Of a stretch of 64,000 bases of DNA, positions 9,864-20,707 are shown one piece after another. The notes beneath the pieces were generated by a model. That model did not search any database, was not told where the DNA came from, and was given only the letters and a program-made list of their open reading frames with translations. The stretch comes from Lama glama. Lineage: Eukaryota. The position numbers and the translations under genes are program-made. The stretch is taken from assembly GCA_028534125.1 (NCBI GenBank), contig CM052817.1, positions 36,706,001 through 36,770,000 on the forward strand, in the 5' to 3' direction. How positions within the stretch are numbered: the first letter of the stretch is position 1; each line of letters begins with the position of its first letter.

Positions 9864-11376
9864 AGGAGTGAAAATTGCTCTGACTTTGTGTCATCTGCTG
9901 GGCTGAATGGCCCAGGACCAACCTCTTCTCATCTCTGTCACTGAGAATAATTACCCTGGGGGTCCCGAGAGCTCCTTTACAGCCACCAAGGAGAGGGAAG
10001 ACAGGAATGAAACCAATCAGTAGCACTTTGGGTTTTCCCATGGCTGGCTCTACCCAGAGCTGCTTCAGTTTGGGCTTCTTGGAAAGTTTTTGCTGAAAGA
10101 AGGGGTTCCTTGACTAAAAAAATGGGAAAACTACTGGTCTAGATGAGTTAAAAGGTTCCCTCTATTTTTGTCTTTAAAATATATATTGATACAAAAAGTA
10201 CATACATAAATACGTTATAATGGATATATATTTCTTGATGATACATGTCATACAGGCTTTGTTTCTATTCATAAGATAAATTTATAATTTTTTTACAGTA
10301 ATATGAAGAACATATAGATGAGAAAAACAAACTAAAACTCACCCAGTAACCACATCATTCACAGATAACCACTGTTCATCTTCAGGGGTATCTCTTCATG
10401 GACTGTCCAGATTTCCTACTAGCTCTAAATTTCTAGGATTCTAGAAGGTTGAGCTCATCACTTATCTCCTAAATATCACTTAACTACTTACACTGTCATG
10501 GCTTCATGTCCATATTTTATTCTATTAAAAAGACACTAATTCTTGCCTCAAATATTGTAACTTCTGTCTTCTCTGGAAATGTTAATTTTTCTGGCTTATT
10601 ATTGTGATTCAGTACTTGTATTCTTAAATCAGTTGGAAAACGGGCACACTTACACATACCCACTTGCACGCCCAAACACACGCAGCAATAATGTCTTCAT
10701 TAAGCAATCTAACTGCAGTGATCCCAGGCAGCTCTACATTGGCCTTTATTCTGCTCATCTGGAGTTGAACTCTGTGTGCCTTTTTGTCCAAGCTCCTTGG
10801 GACAATGCCCGTTTGTTGTTTGGTTGGCACAGTTTCACCTACTGTGGAGGGGCAGGTACCTCTATTGTCTTGATTTGGTCTTATGTTTGTTAGAGAAATG
10901 TGATCTAAAGTCATCTGACAAGCACAATAGATACAAACAGCATGAACAGACGTTTTATGATGGGCTTCTTAGCCAGTATCTTAGGAGTTATCCCAACTGC
11001 CCAATATGTGAGGTGAATTTTAAACTTAGCTTGCTACTAGGAAAAGCAGAAGACAGAATTCTCTGCTTCTAGAACAGTATGTTGACTCATGGAAACAAGA
11101 AGTCACACGACTTCTTAGAACTCGTTCTACATAAATGATAATGGCCTAGAGCATCATTTTATTATATTAAAAATCTAGCTTGGTTTTAACAGAGTATATT
11201 AATTAAAAGCAATACTGTGCTTGGTACTGGTCTAGAACCATAGCAGGCACTCACTAAATGCTTACAGATTATTTTGTTTGACGATGAAAATAAGAAACAT
11301 TGCCATATGTTTGTAGTGCAACTTGCAGCAGTTGCATAAATAATTTAACTATATGATAAACTGAAAAGATGCTTAC

Positions 11377-11415
11377 CTGCTTTTCCTCAGAGCTGCCAGA
11401 ATTAGTCTGTCCAAC
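11377..11415 (-). CDS. SPP1: Osteopontin exon 3 (VGQTNSGSSEEKQ, 13 aa)
   Basis: 39 nt, CTGTTTCAAAG| ... |GTAAGC; SGSSEEKQ SIBLING phosphorylation motif. Confidence 0.96.
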
Positions 11416-11526
11416 CTTTGAAACAGAAAAGGTGAAGAAAGATTATAGTGTGAATGGGTTGTTAGCACACTGAAGCGCACAATTCATTTATTTTGAGGAA
11501 TTTTTTTAAGATTCAGCTGTACTCAC

Positions 11527-11580
11527 TGGAAGGGCGGAGGCGATGCCCAAGAGGCAGAAGCAAATCACTGCAAGTTTCAT
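11527..11580 (-). CDS. SPP1: Osteopontin exon 2 coding part: signal peptide plus 2 aa (MKLAVICFCLLGIASALP); the exon extends to 11594 as 5' UTR
   Basis: ATG at 11578-11580 in ATCACCATG Kozak context, acceptor TTACAG| (AG at 11595-11596), donor |GTGAGT. Signal peptide plus two residues is the SCPP/SIBLING exon-2 pattern. Confidence 0.97.
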
Positions 11581-12691
11581 GGTGATGATTCTTCCTGTAA
11601 AATATTTTGTAAGAAATATTTGATCTTTTCATACCTTAAAACAGTGATACCTCCTTTTTATACTAACACATTACAAAAAATTACAAACAAATATATATTT
11701 TCTATAGAAATAGTCTCTACTTCTTAGTAAAATTTTCTTTTTAATATTATGACCTTTTGAGTTAATATTTGTAATGCCACCTGTATTCTTCCTGTCTCAC
11801 TATTAGGCAAGGGAGAGAGGGATTTTACAAGCCTATATTTATTCAACTTTAAAATTTAGAGTTTCAGAGATTATATCATTACTACCTGATATCTTCAGCC
11901 ATCTAAACCTGAAAACAGGTCAACAGTAATTTAATTAAAATATTAAGCTAGAAATGGGAATAAAATATTTATTTTTCAGAGAAGAAAAACACAAAGAGAA
12001 AGAGAAAATAAAACTGAAAGAAACTTGCTTTCTCTATTTTCCAGCACGCATTTCAAATGTGAATTCCATCTTAAATGATTTAAAAGGAGCCACTTAGGTG
12101 AAATGAAGCTGTCTCTAAAGTTAGTAATTTAAGTAAGGTATTCTAGAAATTTGAAACGAAAAAGAAAACAGTCAATGTCTTTTCTACTTTTAAGTCTACT
12201 TAATGTTTGTTATACACGTATTTTGGTGAAAATTTAACAGCTAAATACAGAGATAGAAATAGAAAGAGTTTTTTTCCTTGAAAATAAGATAAATCAAACC
12301 ATTAAAAAATAGCATTGTCATCAGCTTACATTAGCATTACAGACCATTTTCCTTTTAAATGCCTTCACAATCATCTATCCATTTAAAATGATGTCAATAT
12401 AATCATTCCAAAGGGGCATAGGATTTTACTTTTTTTCTGATGGCAAGAAGTAGTTTCAGTTCCTTTGAGGACTCAGTGGAAATATTTTTAAGTTTTATGT
12501 TTGACTGGCTTTCAAAATAGCCAGCCACATTTCCTGCAGATCTGCCCTCAATCTGGCATGCTTATTTAAAAGATGAGAACAATTTGTCTGATTAACAGCA
12601 TTAAAGTTCAAGTCTTTTCCTTACAACTTGACCTTCCCATGAAATGACACAGCGCACTGGACAGCAACCCGGGAGCAGACTGCAGGCTTAC

Positions 12692-12780
12692 CTTGGTCTG
12701 CGGCAGCTGAGAAGAGTCCAGTCCCAGGCGATGCTGATGCTGCACTGGATGCCGCTCTCCCCGCCTCCTCTCCTTGCTGC
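12692..12780 (-). other. SPP1: SPP1 non-coding exon 1 (5' UTR); TSS position approximate
   Basis: Ends CAGACCAAG|GTAAGC and begins about 25 nt after TTTAAA; GGTTGTCAGCAGCA..GGAGG resembles human exon 1. Confidence 0.85.
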
Positions 12781-12802
12781 TGACAACCAGGACCTCCCAG
12801 AA

Positions 12803-12926
12803 TTTAAAGGCTGCTCGAGACACTCTGAACCAACACAGGGGGCGGAGAGATGTGTCATGAGGCTTTTTTGCCAACGCCCAACCCACTTGCTCCCACACTT
12901 CCCCCTCTGGTTTTGTGGTTACAAAA

Positions 12927-12965
<39 letters not shown>

Positions 12966-13005
12966 CTGCCGTTAAAACATTACTTATGCACAGTATCATT
13001 AACTA
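12803..13005 (-). promoter_or_regulatory. SPP1: SPP1 proximal promoter: TTTAAA TATA-like box (12803-12808), TGACACA AP-1-like site (12851-12857), ETS GGAAG (12898-12902), RUNX/OSE2 AACCACA (12914-12920), homeodomain TAGTTAATGA (12996-13005)
   Basis: Motifs read directly on the - strand, in the order known from the human and mouse osteopontin promoters (RUNX2, Ets, AP-1 and Hoxc8-type sites). Confidence 0.85.
12931..12958. repeat. (CA)14 microsatellite in the SPP1 promoter
   Basis: Perfect CA repeat read directly. Confidence 0.95.
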
Positions 13006-13404
13006 GCTTTTTCGTTTATAGGATTGGCACTCAGCATCCTGGAAAGGCATCTAGGGGTCTCCCAGAAGAGGGAGAGATAACTAGTTCTTACAAAAACTTT
13101 ATAATTGCTGAATTAGAAGGAAAAATATAAACCAGTCCTAAATAAAAATAAATAGAATGGATTTTTGTTTCTTTTGGTTCAAATAACAGATTAAGGTAAT
13201 ATATGCAACCAAATTTGCTTCACAATTACACTTATTTAAGAGCTACCTGGCTATTGTTCAAGCACGAAAGGAGTTCAGACACTCTTTCTCCATTTTTACT
13301 AAAGCTCCAGTTTGTGATTTCAAGTATGCAACTGCTTGTCATTTACACAAGTGGCATTAGTAACATTAGAATCCACTTTCATACTCATTAAGTTGAATTT
13401 ACAA

Positions 13405-13420
13405 TGACCTTTCAAGGACA
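13405..13420. promoter_or_regulatory. NBRE (AAAGGTCA on -, 13405-13412) overlapping an ERR/SF-1-like TCAAGGACA site, about -630 from the TSS
   Basis: Sequence TGACCTTTCAAGGACA. NR4A2 and ERRalpha are known to act on the mouse osteopontin promoter through a similar element at a comparable distance (positional inference). Confidence 0.5.
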
Positions 13421-13584
13421 TGGGCTTTTGTCACACTGTTTGAATTGTTTGGAGGTGATGAATCTGATAATTTGCTCAATAAAATAGAAGAAAAGTAATT
13501 TATTCTTAATGTGTCGGAAGGAGAGCCGTTTCTGACTGAGAGCAGAGTTACTGCTTGAAAGTGCTGCTTCAGGAGCTGGGAGCA

Positions 13585-13780
13585 TGGCTTTGAATTCCCT
13601 CTGCCACTAATTAGCTGTGTGACCTTGGGCAAATCACTTAGCCTATCTGTAGCTATTTCTTCATCTGTCAAATGCACATACTGTTCCCCAGTTCACGGGG
13701 TTTTTGTGAGGCTTAAGTGAATTAGCACGTGTAAAACTAACAATCCTTGGCATATATGCAAATACCCTGCATATTTTAAC
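13585..13780 (+). mobile_element. MIR SINE upstream of SPP1
   Basis: CTCTGCCACTAATTAGCTGTGTGACCTTGGGCAAATCACTTAGCCTATCTG...TTCTTCATCTGTCAAATG. Confidence 0.85.
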
Positions 13781-14784
13781 CATTTTATATGTGTTAAATT
13801 TTATTAAAATTTTTAGGAGGAGCAGGTAGTCATGATGTATAATATCTTTAAATGGAATAGTTTATTAGAATGAAACCTGATGTAAGATTTTTAAACTGTG
13901 TACATCAGCAGGATAGCTTGCATACCTCTGAAAGAATGGATTAGATTTCTGAATCGTCTTTTTCTAGTTTTTCGCCCACGATATATAAAGTTGGCTGCTT
14001 AATAAGAAAATTAAAAACAAAACTCTATATTAAAAAAAAAACTTTACTGAGTATTTAAAAGTCATTCGAATGAAAGAAAATTACAGATGAAGGTTGAAAT
14101 ACTGGAGCAGAGATTAGGGGTAACAGAGCTCTGAGCCCATTTTAAATGTTCAATATTGTTTTGAGATTACTCAACCTCTTCTGCCTTTCTCCACTGCAAA
14201 ATGGAAATTTCACCATTCATCTCACACCTCCATTGCAAGAATCATGTATAAAGTGAGATTAAAGATAAACGTCCCTATTTATTATTAGTTCTATCTAAGG
14301 TGTCAGCTCCTAGTCACCAAATATTGCTTTTAATATAAATATGGGTTAAATAATTTTTTTGCAGTGTTAGGAAAAAAACCCGTAAGTTTGTGGACATTTG
14401 GTGTGGGGAAATATGTTTCTTTTAAATTGAATTTTAAAATTCATTTGAAATCAAATTTCAAATGAACTGATATGGTTGATTTGTCGGTTCCAAGCACACA
14501 TGAAAAAAATTCAGATGGCAACTATCTCTATAAAATAGAAAGCACACGGGTTCTGAAATTACAAAAACAGATTTCTTATTTCTGCTCTTAAAAATTGTTT
14601 TTTCCCTTTAAACACATCACCCACATACGTTTTGTCATATTGTCAATGCAGTGAAGTTCACAAATTCTAAAACAAAACAAAAACAGAAACACACAAACCC
14701 CCAAGATTTCCACAGGATTCACTATGGTTTACTCTGTGCCCACGGGGATAATTGAATGTGAGCTGAGAAAGTCATAGGAAGGGC

Positions 14785-15195
14785 TTCCGCCGGAGCCCGG
14801 GCCGCGGTGCGGTGAGGCCCACGCCGCACGGGGCTCTTCCGGTCATAGCTCCGAACGGCCACACGATGGCAGCGCTCCCGAGAAGGGCTGCGGCCCACGG
14901 CCTGGCTCCGGCAGAGCTCTCATTCCCGCAGGGCGGAACGTGCACGCGTTGAACGACCGAACCATAAAACAACCTGGGGCCCTCCATTTCTTGGAATGTC
15001 AGGTGCGGAGGTATTTCCCAACAGTGACCCGCTGCACATTAACAGGGAACACGAGGCCGAGAGACGCAAAGCATTCTTTTCTGCTCTGTTGTCTTCAGCA
15101 ATGCCAGGTGGACGCTGTGGGCTCCTTCCATCCACCGCTTCCCACACTCGCTCGAAAGGTTACGGACCCCGGGGCTCGCTCAGAGTAAGGGCGTG
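14785..15195. promoter_or_regulatory. Small orphan CpG island about 2.0-2.4 kb upstream of the SPP1 TSS
   Basis: About 38 CpGs in about 410 bp by manual count (about 25 in the first 180 bp), against a CpG-poor AT-rich background; no recognisable repeat. Confidence 0.75.
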
Positions 15196-16420
15196 TGAAC
15201 TCATGGGTAAAGAATGTGTCTGGGATGCCTCAGACGTGTAAAGATAAAGTGATTTGTAATAGAGGCAGCTCTGTAAGGTATGAAGTGGAGAGTGCGTCAT
15301 TCCGGCTTTTCAAGAGGCTCATGCGTCTCGTTTTTTGTAATCGAACGTGTTGTGAACGCTAATTTTTTCTGAGTAAGATTTTACGGTTCTCAAAATTAAG
15401 GTGTTAAAATGATTTAAATCAGAGAGGCTTCCTCGGTAGCATTTCCACACTATTTTCCATTCTTGATTAGGCTAATGCTTGGTGGTTAAAATCAAAGGTC
15501 AGAATGCTCAAATTCCTTGTAAATCAAGTATGTGGAAAGGAAAAAGGTTAGTTGCGAAAGGAGTGGGTTGTGACCTTAGCATAGACGCTCTGAGAGGACA
15601 TATGGAAACATTAAGAACATTGTACTTTTTTCTTGAATCACATGAAAACTCTCATATATATAGGAAAATCCTCGTATAATATAGGAAAACTTAAGTGTCG
15701 AGCTGTTTTGTTGGACTTTATTATACCGACTTCTAGTTTATGTGGATATTTATAATTATATTTTATGTAGTAAATTATAATCAACTATTTCAACTCTTTC
15801 AGCTCTGTGAATACTTCTTCCCTTGAGTCAGATAAAAAGCTGACATTTTGGTACCATCATCTGTCTGTCATAGAGAAGTTGGGAATTATGCCTAAAGAGA
15901 AGCCTACTACTCATCATTTCATCATTTGTAGAAGAAGGGAATTATTTTCTTGGAAGGAAACAAGGGCTGAAGATGAGGGTTTTTTTTTTTTTAAGTTTCA
16001 GACATGAAATTAGAACATTTCAGAAATACAAAAGAGAAACACCATAAAACTTTTAATCTTTTATCTCATAGCTCAGTAAATTAGTCAACAAAATTCACTC
16101 CTGGAAAAAATTGGTCTTACTATCAGGAAATATTAGTTTCACTTAAAACAAAAGTGTTTCATTTTAGACCCATAGAATTGTTATAGAGTAAATAAATATT
16201 CCATAAATTGTTAATGATCAACCACTCAACTTTCCATACATAACAACTAATTCTGAGCATATAGTTCTTGCTTGTCAATATAATGCATGGACACATAGAG
16301 TCCATATATAATATCACAGCGAGTATTTGCCAGTTCTTGAGAATTTAGCAGTATTTCTTTGTTAAAGTATCATCACTAACTTTGAGGGCATTCTAACACT
16401 CTTTAAATGATAGATTCTTT

Positions 16421-16563
16421 TTTTTTTTAAATACTTATATATTCTGTGGGGGGGTAATTATATTTATTTATTTGTGTATTTTAATAAAGGTACCAGGGAT
16501 TGAACCCAGGACCTTGTGCATGCTAAGCACATGCTCTACCACTGAGCTATACCCTCCCGACCA
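16421..16563 (-). mobile_element. tRNA-Ala-derived vic-1-like (camelid-type) SINE
   Basis: Head GGGAGGGTATAGCTCAGTGGTAGAGCATGTGCTTAGCATGCACAAGGTCCTGGGTTCAATCCC on -, A-tail, perfect 16-bp TSD AAATGATAGATTCTTT at 16405-16420 and 16564-16579. Confidence 0.9.
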
Positions 16564-17108
16564 AAATGATAGATTCTTTAAAGTGGCCTTAAATTATAAT
16601 TTTTTTTCTTAAAATGACACCATTTTTACCCTCCAGGAGCCCATTTATTCATGAAAAAAAACTAAGAAATTTGGAACTTGTGTGGCCAATGAGGTAAACG
16701 GGGTGTGATTAAACAGTAAACTCAGTGGGGCTGTGGACAGAGAAGGCATAGAATGGAGACCCTGTGTCTACACTGGAATTGAATATTGGGTATTCAGTAT
16801 TGGGTGTTTTGAATATTAGGTATTCTGGGGTTGGGCTCAAATAGGAACACCAGTCCCAGCAGCATGAAACTCTAGATCATCACCAACATAGGCAACAGTA
16901 CAGGAGCCTGCAGTCAGAGGGGCCCCGGGTGGAAAGCTGCAGAGATGTACGAATAGAAAGTCTAGCAGCTGCAGGCCCTCGTAAGGTGTTGTCACTGGTT
17001 ACCGCACGAAGCAGCCAGTAACGGGCATTTTGCAGAATGTATTTGAGGGGAGAAAATCATTCTTTGAAATCGGTTTATGAGAATTCTTATTTAAAACCTG
17101 ATGTTTGG

Positions 17109-17278
17109 TGGGGGGAGGGTATAGCTCAGTGTTAAGAGTGCGTGCTTAGCGTCCATGAGATCCTGGGTTCAATCCCCAGTACTCGCATTAAAAAATAGTG
17201 AATGAATGAATGAATGCATAAATAAACCTAATTACCTCCCTCCCCTCAAAAAAAGAAGAATTAAAAATAAACTTTAAA
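17109..17278 (+). mobile_element. tRNA-Ala-derived vic-1-like SINE
   Basis: GGGGAGGGTATAGCTCAGTG...GGGTTCAATCCCCAGTAC, then (GAAT)n, AAACCTAATTACCTCCC and an A-tail; TSD AAAA(C/T)CTGATGTTTGG at 17093-17108 and 17279-17294. Confidence 0.9.
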
Positions 17279-17869
17279 AAAATCTGATGTTTGGGTCATT
17301 TTAGGTAGAGAATCCATATAAGGTTGATATGAAATGTGACCATTTCAGTGCAAAGCAGAAGAAAATCAAAAGAAAGAGGACAAAAAACTGAACAACAGTA
17401 ACCTCTACATCACATATTTTTCTGGCCACAGTTGGCTAAGAGTTTTTGTCTGTTTTGCCGATTCCAATCAAGGAATACCTCACGTGAATGTCCCTATTCC
17501 ACCGCATAACATTTATGTTTAAGAAAAAAAAACATGATTTAAAATAATCAGTAATTTAAGTTTGCATTCTTAAATGTTTGAATTCCTCAGTAGATGTCTG
17601 TTCTAAGATATGCTTATCCTGTAGCAGTTTGTATGCCAGCAAATATTTACGCAGTGAATGAAAGAATTGAACTCTGTAATAAGATGTCTAGGATTCTTAT
17701 GTAAGTTGAATCATTCCCAATGATTATCTTCTGTGGCTTTCATAAAGCTCCCAGTAGAACTCCTCCTCTAGGTCCTGTTAGATGTTGCTATCGCAGAGGG
17801 GGTTACACCTGAGAACTTCAGGCATGAGTCCTGTGATCAAAGAGGGCCGGCTGCGTGAACGTTGTTTTT

Positions 17870-18365
17870 AACAGGACGTGAGGTCCTCTGAGACCTGGAA
17901 TCCTTCTGTCTCTCCAGCCTTATCTTCCACCAACTTCCCTCCCTGTATACCCCATGGAGCAAGCATGCAGAGCCACACGGTGCTCCCCAGCGTGCCACAG
18001 ACTCTCAAATCCTCATGCCTTCCGTACATCGCATGGCCCCCATGTCTAGAGCATCCATCCAGTCCCGTCCACACCTGCCTGTGAAGTATTTTCACATCTT
18101 TCCAGACTTAGTTCCTATCAAGTTTCAAGGCATCTGCTAAAAACCCTTTTTTGGCCAAAATCGAAATAACCACTCTCACTTTGTACCCTGAGAGCTCCCT
18201 GTGCACGATCTTGCACAGCCCCTGTGGTAGTTCATTGCCTTACCCTGCTTGTTTCCTCCCACTAACGAGTCAGCTCCCTCCAGCAGGGCCTGGGTCTCGT
18301 GCATGTTTGCATCCGCTATCTCCTACGAGGGTGCAATAAGTGTGTGGGCAGCAAGTGAGTGAAGG
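17870..18365 (+). mobile_element. Degraded L2 LINE 3' end
   Basis: C-rich L2-like body ending CAATAAGTGTGTGGGCAGCAAGTGAGTGAAGG. Confidence 0.5.
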
Positions 18366-20312
18366 AGCCTGGTTTTTATAATGCTTAATCCTATGGGGGC
18401 TGCGTGGAACACTTGCGTTTAGTATTAGCTCCAGGGAGCTGGAGCAACTGCTGGGTTCTCTGAACAATTTATATATACGCTTTTATAATGCCATTGTAGA
18501 ATCTGAAGAGCTAGGACCTTCTTTTCTTCTCTGTGGGGTTTCAGCAAGCCCTTTAACTTGTCTGGGTCTCAGGTTTCTTGATAAAGTTAATCTAAGATGA
18601 TTTTTAATGTCAGTTTCAGCTATGAAAGTCTGCAATTTTACGGGTTTTTAAAAAATCCGTGAGAAATAAAACATTGACATCATGACAGGAAGAGCAAACA
18701 GGTTTTAGAAATGGAGATAGCCTCAAGATTGTAAGAGAAATTCAGATTAAAAACCAGAAAGGGAAGGCTTGAACACAAAGAGTCTCTAGTGTGAAAAGCT
18801 GTGGAGTCTTTAAGATGGTTTTGAGTAAACTATCTTGTATTTTCGCTCTATTTTAAGTTATGGATAAAAAATAATGTACATTATTACAATAATATTAATA
18901 AAAATAAAACTTTATTTAAAAGGAGGGAAATCACTCCCAATGTATGGCTCTAATAAATCAATCTTTGATGTTCTGAGAATTTTATATTCTTACCTTCCCT
19001 GAAATGAATTTTCTAGAGACATTTCTCAGTATGGGTCACATGAATTCTTTCAGATTCTGTTACACCAAGAATAGGAGATCGAGGACAAAGTAACTGAAAA
19101 GGTTGGCTTGTTTCTTTCCTGGAAAAAGCTGCCTGTGGTTTTAGGAGGCAATTTCATTGCCAGACAGATCAGGAACATCAGGCTTCTCCATAATCTGGAG
19201 ATGTTTTTAGATTTTCCTTTCCCACAGTCACATCCTCTTTATTTCCAAGCATCTGTGGATGTGACTGGGCTAGACAACCTATTAATTTCAATTTGTACAT
19301 GATGGCATATTATTCAAGAATCAAAGTTTGTGGACAGATTCTCTCCTCTCTTCACCTATTTCATGCTTAACAAATTTCTACTGCTTGTTTTTTCCTGAAG
19401 AAATACTTCCTTGTAATTTACCTTTTCTATGGTAACGAAGTAAGCCCAGGACTTCTGCCTTTACTTATTAAAAGGAAAGCTATCCAAAATAATAACAATA
19501 ATGGGAATTATGTATGTTTTCATGGAATACCTAGATTTAAAAGTATATATTATGTCTAATATGCTTAACAACTGTATGAATTCAGTACTATGGTCTTAAT
19601 TTTTCAGTTAATTATAATAGAAACCATCTACTGTGCAGTCACTTCTGTATGCATGATTATATTCACTCTTTACAAAGACCTTTGCGTATATATATTCTGG
19701 GCCAGTAGAAGCCCAGAGGAGGGAGTGTCAAGTTTTGCCATTTGGGGTAGGAAAGGCCTCCAAGAGGATGCTGGGATACAATACAGAGGAGGAATTGATG
19801 TTTAGCGACTAACTTCTAACATGTGAATCAAAATTATAAGCATCCAACTTTGACCAAACCTTGTTGAAAAAAACCAATAAGCATACAACAAAAGCTATAA
19901 ATTACAATGATACTGATGAGAAATCTGGAAAAGAGAGTGAATAATCTTGTCTCTAATTGATTCAAATCTAACAAAAATGCAAAACTTTTTTTGTCCATAT
20001 ATGTGGCAAAGCTAATGTCATGGTATGGTCATGAGTCATACAGTGTGAGAGAATGTTAATACATGTCTGCTAATCTCACACTGTTATGAGTCACCAGTTC
20101 AGAATACATGATTGCTGACTGTGAGTGAACATCATTAGCTTCATGCTTAATACATTTAATGACCTTGAATATTAGTTATCTTGATTAGCTTAATTTTGAG
20201 GAAATTGCTCATCATATTTTAACAGATACCAAACATCTGGACAAAGGCATATTTCATGGTTAGCCTTATGTCCTACTGTGTTTGAATTCCTTGTAGTATC
20301 TACCATAATCAT

Positions 20313-20707
20313 TGTGGCAGGTGCTGTTGGCTGTATAGCAAAGATTCATCTTCAAGAGTGGTTGCTGGGAAGCAGCTGCCCAGCTGAAACTACATTTCCC
20401 AGCCTTCCTTGCAGCGGGGTTTGGCCACGTGACTAGTTCTTGTCAATGGAATGTAAACTAAAGTGAAGTGTTTCATGTCCAGGATGAAGTGCCTAAAAAA
20501 CAATTGTGTCTCCTCCTTCTTCTTCACCATTTGGCTGAATGGAGAGGACTCTGAAGTGTTTTCGGAGGGCAGAAGTCGGAAGAGGAGATAGCTTGAACTC
20601 TTGCTGACCAAGAACCCTGTTATTGGATATTGTATGAACCAGAAACACGTTTCTCTTGCCTAACAACCCTGTTATCTGTTACAGTAGCAGATACCTTAAT
20701 TACTGCA
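20313..20707 (+). mobile_element. MaLR LTR (MLT1J-like)
   Basis: TGTGGCAG start; ACTACATTTCCCAGCCTTCCTTGCAGC...TGGCCACGTGACTAGTTCTTGTCAATGGAATGT. Confidence 0.75.

Noticed and set aside
12608..13130. ORFs of 71-120 aa across exon 1 and the promoter (CVCVCV / THTHTH)
   Set aside because: They result from the CA repeat and GC-rich exon 1; SPP1 exon 1 is non-coding and contains no upstream ATG.
14772..15241. Four overlapping 71-82 aa ORFs in the CpG patch
   Set aside because: Expected from stop-codon scarcity in GC-rich DNA; no recognisable protein and no retrocopy hallmarks.
17111..17185. tRNA-Ala(AGC)-like sequence (also at about 16490-16560, 38203-38268 and 48848-48921)
   Set aside because: These are SINE heads: a shared non-tRNA body, A-tail and TSDs in the complete copies, and mismatched stems.
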